Notes: generated by a model from the letters alone, not told the origin. DNA of 64,000 nt from Auanema rhodensis (GCA_964057225.1 OZ059898.1:5518001-5582000), one strand, 5' to 3'; counted from the stretch's first letter, positions 1-11,853 are shown. Numbers and translations are program-made.

Positions 1-1260
1 TATCTTGCGAACACCTCACAGTTACACAAGGTTATTTTGGATAAAACAGATCAAGTAAAAGAATATGAAAAGAAAGTAGGAAATGAACACAAATATATGG
101 AGAATAAGAGAATCAGATTATGATACAGAAAGAGAACCTAAGAGAAACGAAAGAGATCTCAGACGAATGAGAGTCATTTCATACTTATCTGATCTAGTAA
201 AGGTCTAGTGACCGCCATCATATGTTGTTGTTTTTAAATAATTTTTAAGGTTATATTCCTTATAAAATTGTCAATAAATCTATTGAATATGATGAAAACA
301 ACAATAGAATTGTTTCAAGTTTATTAGATAAGCCTATTTGGCTCTCAATTAGTAAGTCTATTAAGAGAACAATTATTCATCTTAAATCATGTTCACGAAC
401 TTATACTAAATGTCATATAAGTATTGAGAGAGCACAAAGAAAGAAAACCATTTTTCGTGGAATAACTACAAGAAATATTTATTGACGTAACTTCTCGGGC
501 CATTTTTCCACTGCTACCTCAACTGAGCTTCATTGAGCAAATACATACATCTACAACAAACGTGAAAATCGAATAAAGTTCTTTGGAGTTCCCTAGCGAT
601 CACTGCGAGTCAATTGTTATCGTCTCACATCATTACATTTTAAGAAAATATTTATATGTAAAGCTTAAAAGTCGTAACAAAGAAGATTATGAGAGCATAT
701 AAGAATGTTGAAAAACGTAGAATACTAGATGGATTGAGAAAACATTATTATTTTGGGACAAATTGGAAAGAAATATAAGAAAACAAGAAAAAAGAAATTT
801 TTAGATATATTGAGTGAGTAAATCAACCTTTAACCTTTTTGTATTACCCAAAAATATTCTATTACATACGAAAAAACGATATTTTTCTGAACAAACATTA
901 TTTAAACTTTGTCGACTATCGTTCACTTCAAAAAAACTACAGTGCGAAGAGAAATAGTACAGAAAAGAACGTACGTTGGTAATATTCTCTAGCATTTGCT
1001 TCACTTTAATTTGTTGAAACATATTTCAAACACGTAGCGAAAATTAAAAGTTATTAAATTGAAGAAATTTAATTATGAGGCTATTCATAGCTCTCTCTTG
1101 TCAGCTCTCCAGGGAAGCTATTAACTAGACAAATTTAGAATCAGGTCCACTCACCGATCGGTTTCCGGAATTGAACATCTACATAATAAAACACTTTTTA
1201 GAAAATCATAAAATATACAAAAATGTGCTCTTTGTGTAGCAACATATAAACAACTTTTCT

Positions 1261-1639
1261 CAAGTGATTCATATGTAGCAAATGCGGAATAAAACTCGCG
1301 TATACAACCAGATGGTTTTATATAATGCAGCACTTGTGACGTCGCTGACATGGTCATCTGGGTCCAGAAGGCCACCCCTTGAATAAAGTTATTTTGTAAC
1401 ACATTAGTTTTGCTCAAAATAAGAGTTTCTTCAGCAGATATGGAAACATACATAAAAATGACTCCTCAAAATAGGGTCTTCTTAGGAAATATTAAAACTG
1501 ACCTTGTAGATAGCACAGTTCATCTGATGATACAACCAGATGAACTGATATAACACAGCACTTTTGAGCCTATAAGCTCTAACCATCTGCATATGATAAA
1601 TTTGTTGACTCTGTTCGAGCATGATGCACATGTCAACTG
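1261..1639. promoter_or_regulatory. Candidate bHLH enhancer (E-box cluster)
   Basis: 12 CANNTG hexamers in 379 bp, plus a duplicated 34-bp module. Confidence 0.55.
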
Positions 1640-2233
1640 ACGACGCAGATTTCATTAGTCGACTGCATACGTGATCTTTATATATTATATGTGCATATAT
1701 CATTATTGTTTAGATATTATATACTGCTTGAAATACTTTTAATATTTCAATTTTTTGGACTTCTCAGAGAAACATCATGCCCAACCAACTTGGTGAATGA
1801 GCATATTATCTTCCATCGCTTCTTTGGAGTCCAGTTTTCTGACGTACATTCAAGCTTCTGGAGCACCTTGCCGACAATGAATCTCGTAAGGATCACACTT
1901 GACAAGCCAGACCCGAAGGGCGCCAATCCCACTCAAAGAATCATAAAAGAAGCAGAGCCGAGAGAAAATTTACGATTGAGAAATGAGATGCTCGGTAAGT
2001 GAAAAAAACTAGAAAAGACGCAATCATATCATTATGTGGACAAGAAGAAAAAAACATAAATACAATACTTCATCACGCTATGTTATTCGAAATATTATTT
2101 ATTAGAAAAATAGTCCCGCATATATTTAAGATAATATGTTTAAATCTATTGCCCATGTGTTAAAGTACATATATATATCACAATTATGTTAAAACTTATT
2201 TTGATATGCTCGAATCACTTATCCCGATCACTG

Positions 2234-5200
2234 TTAACCTTCTGTATTGGAATGATGATGCTGCTTCATGTGCTGACTGAACCGAAGCACACAATCTTGC
2301 TGGAAGTCTCGCTCGCAAGATTCTGCATAAGCAAAACGGTACAAAACCTGTAATTAAGATATCTGCTCTCTGAATATTTTAAGACAATAGTACCAGAAAA
2401 ACCAGAACGTGCATGAACAATAGGTAGAAGAAGAAAGTTAAACGAGCAGATGCCGATGACATAATAGCTCGTCCCTTAATCAAGTTTGATGAATGAAATG
2501 AAAACCATAATCACTGACAATGCTCAAAGATGCTCGGTCATGAATTTTCAACTTCGTATAACTCCTTTGATTTTCTTGTTGACTGAATTTACGGAATAAA
2601 TCCAATTTTTTTTCATATGGTTCATTATAGTTAGTAGATGTTTCTAACGGTATGGACACCTCGTTATTACCGTTGTTGTTTCCTTCAAATTTGAAAAAAA
2701 ATTGAATATGGACACCAAGTTACCGTAGCATTGAAGAAATTTGATTTTTCCATACATTTTAACATTATCCTCTTTTATTTTATCAATTTCTGCATTTAGA
2801 ACACCTTGCCTGGCTTTCTCTACGGAGAGTTCCTAAATAAATATTTTTGTGTTCAAAAGGGGTATGTGAAACGACTTCTTCTAGCTGCTCGACCTTCAAT
2901 CTCAAACGGTCCCTCTGAGCTGTCAAAATAGCTATCACACTTCCTTCTTCTGTTTGCCTCGGATTTTGTTCTGCACCTAATGATTCAAGAACTTCTAACG
3001 TACTCATTTCCATATGCTCCTTATTTTGAGCCTAAAGTCCAAATTCTCTTTATATGTTATTACAATGTATTTATTATTTAAAATATTGTAATAGGCGTGA
3101 ACCCACCAATGATCCTTGAGAGACCATGCTTAGATCTTTTTCCAGTTGCTTGATCAACTCATCCTGCCTTGAACACTTTTCTTCATATTCTGATAAAAGT
3201 GATTCCTGATTTGAAACGGTTTCTACAAGAATAAATATAGTTTTAAAAACCCCGGCTCCCATTTTTTGTTTAGTACGCGCGCATGTGTTGGTCCTACTAT
3301 ACAGTTAGTATTTCAAAAATACAGTTCATTGTTAGAAAAAAAGCAAAAAAAAAAATTAAAAAACGAGATTGTGCATCAACCGGCTAATGAGATCAACAAG
3401 GAATGGTTATAAACAAGAGATCAAGAAATAAACTAGATTGAACACAATTGGCAACAAATAAGTGATCAGGAGGAAGTAAAAATATGATTATTATAATTAT
3501 TATATGAAAAAAATTATCTAAATTGAGCTATAAAAGAGGAAGAGCTATATACACCATGGCAAGAACTCAGCCGCAGGCCGACATGACTAGTTTAGAGACA
3601 TATAATAAATACAAACATACACATTTTGCAAATTAAATTATGATACCATAAAATATAAAACTCATATATAAATATTTTAAAAAACTAAGAAGATTTTGAT
3701 GCCGCCAATAGCTTCATCTTAGCCACTGCTTTATCGAGTTGACTAGGTCGTTCTTTTTCAGTGGTATTTTCAAGTTCTTCTCGAATTTCTTCATTCGAGA
3801 ACAGTGGTGGAAATGGCACCATTGTTGGTAAGTTTGTATCTAAACCACCTTGAGAAGCAACTTGATCTAACATATTTGCTAAGTCCTGAAATGGTTAAAT
3901 GTCATAAACATATAAACACATAAGAGAGCGGAAAGTCATAACCGCAAAGAGAATGAGAAAATCCCAAAACTAACTTGTTGCCAATTTTTACTTTTCGGTA
4001 AAGATGCTACCGCTGATGAGTAGACTTTTCCTTCTTTGAGACTGGCTTTTTGTCTCGTGCGATGATTGTGGAACCAATTATTAACTGTTCGTATATTTAA
4101 ATTTAATTTCAAGGACAGCTGTAAAAGGTGGAATTATTTTTGAGAGGACTGGTAAACAAAGTAAGAAAACAAAATGACGAAGGTTTCCGTGAAACGAAAT
4201 ACATACCAATTCAATTGTTTTTTGGCTTGGGTGATGTTCATGCTGGAATACAAAACGTAAAGCTTCTTTTTGCTGATCCGTAATAATTGTTCTCTGAAAT
4301 CCAGATTGCTATAAAAATCAAGTACCATTGATTCATGATAATCTGTTTTTACCTGAACTTTTCGAGGAGTCGGACAATCAAAAGAAGTATCAGGCAACGT
4401 GCGTTTTCCATTTTCATTCACGGTCTCGCTTGAACTAGCAGATTCAATCTAAAATTAACCAATATAAATCTATGTGATGATCAACACAAACTCTTTCTTT
4501 GGCTAACAGCTTGGTTACTGCATCTTTATCTTCAAGAAAAATTTTCATTTTCAAATATGGTTCTTTACTACGAGAGTTCAATGTACTCCAGGGTCGAGGA
4601 CGGAGGAAAATCTCAGAAGTGCCACCGGCTGATATTCCTAACACTGATTCTCCAAACATCTAGAAAACCAGAGTTTTTAAAAAATTAACAAGAAAAAATT
4701 TACTCTTTGTGAAATGCCATGCATATGAAGCCGATCTTTAATCTTTCTTACAAGTGATGCAGTATCGAGATCTTCCATATTTTGGTCAAGCGCACATAGC
4801 TAAAAAGAGAAAAAAAATTATGAATAAATGAGAAATAATTTACCCGCTCTAAATGAGAAAAGGGCATTTGTTCACTTTTAATTTGAGTTTTATCTAAAGG
4901 AGTGGTTGTTATTATAACACGCAGAGGATTAGGCTTAGGAGGTGCTTCTGTAAATATGTTAATAAATAAACAAGAACAAATGTTTTATCTACCTAATTCT
5001 TCGGCTAGTTCTTCAAGAATGATAATTTCATCACTGGAATCATCAGATGGATCCTTTCCCTCCGATTCACTAATGCTGTGTCGAGATTCTTCTGCAGTTT
5101 GCGCTACTTCTTGCATGAACAGTTTCATTCGAATGAAAGGTTCTCGACCCTTTTGGGTGAGCATATTCCACTGTTTTGGACGCGCTAACAAATCCGAAAC

Positions 5201-8200
5201 AGATCCTTGGCTTAATCCCAAAACATGCTCGCCAAACTGTCTTTGTGATATTGAATTCATAGATAAAAATTCTTTAATTTGTCTGACAACATCTTCAGTA
5301 TCAATATGACCAAAGATCTCAAACTCTTCTTGCGTAATAGGTAGCAAACCGACTTTCATACGAGAACTCATTACCTAAAAAGCATATGTAACATATTTTC
5401 GAACATAGATAACAACCTGATGAGCATGATTGATAGACGCCATACGTTCACTATGAGACATTTCGTGGTAAGATGAGTTAAGATCTTCCATCTGACAAAT
5501 TTATTATGTATAAATACTTGAAGTATACACACTTACCTTTCTAACGTGACCTGAGCCAATAGTCCTACTAGCAATAGCTCGTTCCAAGTTTGTTTCTTGT
5601 TCCCGCAACTTGGCTAACTCTGATTGAAAAATACTCATTATTTTCTCTTTAGGAATGTCATCATGACGCCAACGACTGTTTCTTTGTGTGGAGCCCGAGT
5701 TGGCAGCTTGTGGGGTTCCTGCCAAACGATACTGAAAATAAAGAAAAACTGTATATTATGATACGCATAGAAAATATACCTGATCTTCTCTAGCGCTACT
5801 CACACGCTTTATAATTTTTTCTCCAGGGTCTTCAGGTGGTAGTTTACCACTATTGCTTTCCCATAAAGATTCAGAGGAAGGATGATCAACCTTTACTTCT
5901 CCATCTTAAAAAAAGGTGAATTTTCTTCTAATACCAAAAGAAAATACCGCTAGGCCAAACGCGACGAGGACTTAAAGAACATAACAATTCGATTGCTTTA
6001 TCGTCGGAAATCCAACCATAAATTCGTCTGAACGCTTCACGACCCTATAAAAATAAAAATTAGTATTTTTCCAAAACGTTGCTAAATCACCTTGTCTGTT
6101 AATTTGCTCCAGTGACGTGGCTTAGAAAGCAGCTCACTGAGAGAACCCTGAGACTAAAATAAAAAGCATTAACATCATTGATGAAAATCATGAAAAAAAT
6201 CAATAAAGCATAAAACGCAGAGCGACACAAAGAACATAAGCTTAAGCATTCACCTTTACTACCTGATTCATGACATATTTAGCAAAGAGGCGTTGTCCAA
6301 TGTTATAAGCCACCATCAGCCGTTTGCACTGTTTTGCGATTTCAGCAGTATTCAAAGCTCTACTGCCCAATGTCCTTATGTTTGCAGCAACAAGACTCTA
6401 AACATAAATAAAAATGAATGAAAGACATAGAAATTGCTTAATTAAGAATTAAAACTAAAAAAATCATATGCGACAAATAGTATGAAGGTATACCTGAAGT
6501 TCTTGAATAGCTTTTATTTCCTGGGGAGTCTTAGACGGCTCGCCTGAATAATTTGTCAGTTTCGGAGAATAGCGAAACTGTTCGAAAGGAATGTCAGATT
6601 TGTTATCAGGAGATTCTCCATTTTTCTTCGATGAGGAGTAAGCAGACGGAGACAAAGAACATTCTTTTGGAGTGGAGGGTAGTGCATTATTCGTTTGAGC
6701 CTAAATATTAATTATACTTAGTTTTGGTTGCAGAATTTACCATCAAAATTTTCAACAAATTTGGTTTTTCATCATCGTTTGAAAGTGAAGTGCTAAGAGA
6801 GCTTGGAAGCTTTTCTTGAGTTTTCTTTGCACGTAGAATCTAGAATAAGAAATATTAAGAGTCTGTTAATCAGAAATACCTGGCGATCTAAAGCAGATTC
6901 TAACTCAGGATCAATAAACTTTTCTGCTACTTCTCTGCCGATCTTTTTAGAGACAGCCTCAACCACTGCATGGTGGCTGCCAGCCAAAATAGCTTGCATA
7001 ATTTCATCCCCTGTAAACGCGAATTCCAAAAAAAAAATGGTGGCATTGAATCACCAGTCCACGACATCGAACAGAACAAAAAAAATATAAGAAAATCTAC
7101 AACATCAAGCAATCAATACAACACAATTGAAAATATCTGAAACCATGCATATAAAACACTAAGCATAAATAGGACCAACACACTCTCGTTATATATCTTT
7201 TCTTATTAATGATATTGAATATTTGTTACTAATTTTCTGCGCTATGCATGCAAATAACTTGGCGAAAAAAACATACCACGATATTTTTCATTTGAAACTC
7301 TTAACTCCGCATTGGAATTCTGAAGTCTTCTGTTTTTCTCTGCCAGAAGTTTATCAAGGGATTGAACTGTTTCTCCTAATTTCAAAATTGATTCTTCGTT
7401 GGCAGATGCAGCTTCTCCGAATTCAATCTCTCTCAAGAGTCTGTAAAATGCCAATTGCCCTTTAATTACTGGTTCAATTCTAACCTTAATTCCTTCTTAA
7501 TAGCTTCATAGTCTTGTTGATCAGTAAGCTTAGATTCAAGATCATTGATTAAATCCACTTGCTTCTTAATCTCTTTCTCCATATTTTCAAATTTGAGTTT
7601 GTAAGATTTAGTATCTACTTGGATAGAATCTGACAAGCGTTGGTTTTCAGCACGAAGAAGAGAGATCTGGTGATTAAATAATTGTTTTGTTTATACATGC
7701 AAAAAGTTACTTGATCATCTTTTTCTTTCATTAAACTTCCAATAACAGCAATATCCTCTAATCCTCCACGTTTTGATGCTGTTTGAGCTTCTGCCAAATC
7801 ACTAGTCAAGCGTTCCACTTCGCGTTCAAGAATAGACTATAAGGTTTCTTCAATTTACAGCAGATTGTTCATAAAAAACACATACCACCCTTCGATTAGC
7901 TGACTCCAGGTCACGGCTCAGAATTTCTATTTGCTCGGCTTCTAGAGATTCTTTTTGATCTGCTCTTATACGAGCATTATCAAGTTTGCGTTGTGCCTCC
8001 CTCATTTTTATTTCTAATTCACTAATCTAAAAAAGAATACTATGTATTGCTCATGTCCACATAAGCATACCTTTTTTTCCAATAAAATATTCTCGTTTTT
8101 CAGCTTCTCTGCTCGCATATTCATTTCAAACTCACGGGCAGCAAATTCTTCTTTGAGTTTGCGTTCAGTGTCAGTAATAGATTGCTCGACCTCGTTTGTT

Positions 8201-11200
8201 TTCTCCCCCTCAAGCTGCTTTATGCGTTCTCGCAACTTACGAATGGTGACATCTATAAACAAAACAGACAATTTCAATGAAAAAAGAAGTTACAAACAAT
8301 TTCAAATTAGTAAGTGAAGATTATATGCAAAGAGTGGATTACCTTGATTTTTTAAGTCAGCGAATTCCGCGTGAAGATCAGAGATAGAGTTTCTGAGTTG
8401 CTCGGCTTCTTCAATAGCGTTATTAGTTCTTTCAGCCTGAACTTTCCAGAGAGGAGCTTTCAATAGAATGGGAAGGGGATCTGCAAATTTCAATATAGTA
8501 ATGCTAATTTTGTAAAAGAAAAAGGGAGGAAAGTGAGAAAATTTGGACTTCAAATAGCATTGACCGTTTACGATATAGATCGGTACAAGTATCACACAAA
8601 ATTCAATTTTCAATTAGTTATAACAAGATATCATCAAAAGCATCAGCTTAAAGGTTATGCTATTGATACAAACTTAGCGATAAAGCACATTTGCTTAGAA
8701 TAAATAAAGAATGGACGAAAGTTCATGAATGTTGAGCAAGTGGTACACATCCATCTATTTCAGTATCGAAAATCGAATCTCCTTCTTTGGGAGGGAAAGG
8801 AGGCGCGCGATTCATCATCGATCGCCTATGGCTATTGCCATTCTCAGGGAGAGGGAGAAATCAGCAATCCACGCTGAATGAACAACAGGGCTCGAAGCTC
8901 AGACATACACATACACAGGCCTTGGTTCTATTTCCGAGCTGGTCGTTGTTGAAAGCACAGAGGGCAAAACAAAATACGACTACTATGCCTGGGACGGTTA
9001 AGGTACGACTTTATAAAATACGGTTATAGAAATCATAGTTCAGCTCAATTCTCAGTGAATGTTTGCAAAATTTCTGTTTCCAAACTAAGACACAAATTGT
9101 AAACAAACAATTAAACATTATCATCGATAAAGAATATAAAAACGCTAAATTGTAATAAAGTAAAGGTGATAATTAAATATAATTATGTAATATATTTTGC
9201 TCATAGTTTATATAGTGGATAATTAAATATAAAAAATCGTGACAAAATTATATTCATAAAAAAATTTATATATATAAAGGCCACCAATATATTCACGATT
9301 CCTTTTTCATAGACATCATTCGTAAAAAAAAATTATTTTTTTCATAAGCCAATGAAGGACTAGTGACCAAACGCCCAATCATCAGTATTGGGCCGGCTGT
9401 GGGGTATCGATCAGTAGTAACCAAGACTGGCTCGAGCCATTTATGATCGATCTGGGCGGAGCAGTCAGCCACCGTAGCCAATTGATCCTAGCGATTTGAG
9501 CTTCCAGGACCCAGAGAAGAGAAATCGAAGAAATAAACAATTTTTCAATTTCTTTGAGCACAAAACAACTTTCATAAATCGATCAGCTTCTTCTAAGTCG
9601 TTTGATGATTGTCATGGTCTTCGCACAAGATGTCTATTACGCTAAGCAAAAATTTCTTTCGACGAAAGACCACAATACTCTATATGAATAAAAAGATGCG
9701 AAAAAATATTTTCCTTCTTAGTTCTCGAACAAAGAAGAGAAAGAGAAAATGCCAATTATGAAATGATAATTGAATTTGATCGCGATCAGAAAATCATCTC
9801 CGATAACTATATTTTTGTAAAAAATAAAGATAGATATAGTATATGTATCAATGAATATATAAATACATCTATTCATTGGTGCCTACATTGTAAATACGAT
9901 GGTTTGCCTCCTAAAGAAACCAATGAATGATCAAAATTTTTTTTCTTATACTATCCAAGAAAGACCTATTGTAGCAATAATCTCATTTTTTCATTATAAC
10001 TCAACTAATCTCATGAATAAGACTATGATGGTAGAAGATTGGTTGGTTCTTTCAAGATGAAGATTCATTTCGATTTTGAATCTTCTTCATAATGCAATTT
10101 CCTTTTATTATTTCTCTGACACCACAATCGTCAAGCGACAGAAAATCAATCAGCTGGGCCTTCGTTGAAAATGTACCCGAGTGCTGGCCATAGATGGCAG
10201 CTTGTGTGGATCAATACACTCAGCAAGACAGCCGATATTCCCGCTTTGAGCTACTCCGATAGATGGCATCGATTGGGGGGGGGGGGCACCAACTAATTAC
10301 CACGAAGCAGCGAGGAGCACAGCAAACCAGATTGATAGCCATCTCAATTCTAACTTCAAAACACGAATTTGGAAATACGATAAATAAAATAATGAATCAG
10401 ATGATCTAAAGGATTAATGCAGTACATAAAGTCAGAAAAGGATTAAAAAAGGAAAAATGGAATTTAACATGTATTCAAGCAAGCATATTATGATCCATTA
10501 CATGCAACGCTGGATGAAGAACATACCTGGAAGATTCACAAAACGTGCACAGATATCAATCAATGAGGCTTCAGTTGCTTTGTTACAGCTTGTTAGTCGA
10601 TCAACTTCTTTTTGAAAAGCTTTAATTAAGGGCACAGCAACTTTGCGCGTCTCCTATAAATGGCAGAAAGAATCTACAGTTTCGTTTCAAAAAAATGCCT
10701 GGTTAGTAGTAAGAAATTATGAAAAGGATGGAGAGCAGGAAGATAAAGAAAAGCATAAGGAGACGACAGATTATTCTATATTCTAAATCAGGAGTCTTCA
10801 GCATAACTATATAATGTGAATGAAACGAACACAAGACAAAAAACAGCTCATATTGAATATATAGCACACTAAATGCATGCTGATATAAGTGATTGGATCA
10901 TCTGCTATTTGTTCCAATTTCTGGCTCAACCAATTATTTAATCAATCAATACAAGATACCATCTGTCCCCAATTAATTACCACCCTTTGATCCTCCTTAT
11001 ATGGTTCTGCGTTACATTTTTAAAACAAAAAAAATTAATTTAGGTGAACATTAAAAATCAGGTTAAACATATTTCGGACCACTACAGTGCATGCATAAAT
11101 ACCCTTTCTTCAACTTCAAATAAAGCATTCAATACCATAACAATTCTTAATTTAATGCGCTGAGCAAAAATTTTGTGTAGTTTGCAATTAATTGCACGTG

Positions 11201-11634
11201 TAAGTAAAAAGTTTAATTCTTAACCTTTAAAAATATATAAGGTTGACTAGAAATAACAAGAAAAAATGAAATAAACCCGTAATTAGATATATAGATATAA
11301 AATTATACAAAACAATATGTAAAATAACAATTAGATAATAGCAAACATTACTAAGATAGAGAATAATGAACTTGAAAAACAGAAAAAGAAAACCAAGCAC
11401 CAACCAAAAGGAGCATCAAATACTAACCTTGGTAGTTACTTGACGATAGGCATTACTCGCTTCTAGCAATATAAGTTTGCATTCATCGTCATCATCTTGC
11501 CTTGCTTCAATAGATTTTATTTCTTCTTCAACACGATTCTTAAAAAAAAAAACATAAGAATTGCTCTTGATGATTGTGGTTACCTGAAAATTGTCCCATT
11601 CTAAGGATTCCCAGGCTTTAGCAATTACATCCAT
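2234..11634 (-). CDS. cone-1: CASP golgin isoform of the CUX/CASP locus (shared N-terminal coiled coil + CASP C-terminus with TM anchor)
   Basis: Shared exons start [17 protein letters not shown] (11634) and end at a phase-1 donor at 7277 (KYR-G|gtatgt). A phase-1 acceptor at 3222 continues [22 protein letters not shown], then the TM segment [18 protein letters not shown]; stop TAA at 2234-2236. Confidence 0.88.
3278..3315 (-). other. 3' arm of a long-range pre-mRNA duplex (partner 7152-7188)
   Basis: TGTGTTGGTCCTA at 3284-3296 and TTAGTATTTCA at 3305-3315; arm ends ~55 nt upstream of the CASP acceptor. Confidence 0.75.
3685..11634 (-). CDS. ceh-44: CUX-class CUT homeobox protein (3 CUT domains + homeodomain), alternative product of the same locus
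   Basis: The same donor (7277) joins in phase 1 to the acceptor at 7010 (GDEIMQA). CUT1 [31 protein letters not shown]2 [31 protein letters not shown]3 [22 protein letters not shown]; homeodomain with [14 protein letters not shown]. Confidence 0.93.
7152..7188 (-). other. 5' arm of a long-range pre-mRNA duplex (partner 3278-3315)
   Basis: 7170-7182 TAGGACCAACACA is the exact reverse complement of 3284-3296; pairing extends on both sides. Confidence 0.75.
8800..10340. promoter_or_regulatory. Candidate intronic CUT-site (ATCGAT/ATCAAT) enhancer cluster in ceh-44/cone-1 intron 3
   Basis: Six ATCGAT and several ATCAAT/ATTGAT sites, mostly within three GC-rich patches. Confidence 0.55.
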
Positions 11635-11853
11635 TGGTTATCCATAAAACTAAAACTAGATGAAAAAAATACAAAACAATATTAAAAAAAAATATTTGAA
11701 CACGAAAGCTGTGTACTGGTAAGGCTGAAGAGAGAGTGACAAAATTTTTTATAACTATTCATTTGAACAAATAGAAAAGACTACACTATCAGCACCGATG
11801 TGCTTATTTACAATCTAAAAATTCGCCCATATTTTGACAAAAATCTAGATAAT

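Noticed and set aside
1-123. 40-codon open frame at the window start
   Set aside because: No recognisable motif or visible splice context; cannot be supported.
4929-4939. TTAGGCTTAGG telomere-like or telomerase-template-like string
   Set aside because: Under two units long and inside a ceh-44 coding exon (PPKPNP).
9293-9481. Intronic minus-strand ORF as an alternative ceh-44 first exon
   Set aside because: Its candidate donor is phase 2 while the next acceptor needs phase 1; better explained as regulatory DNA.
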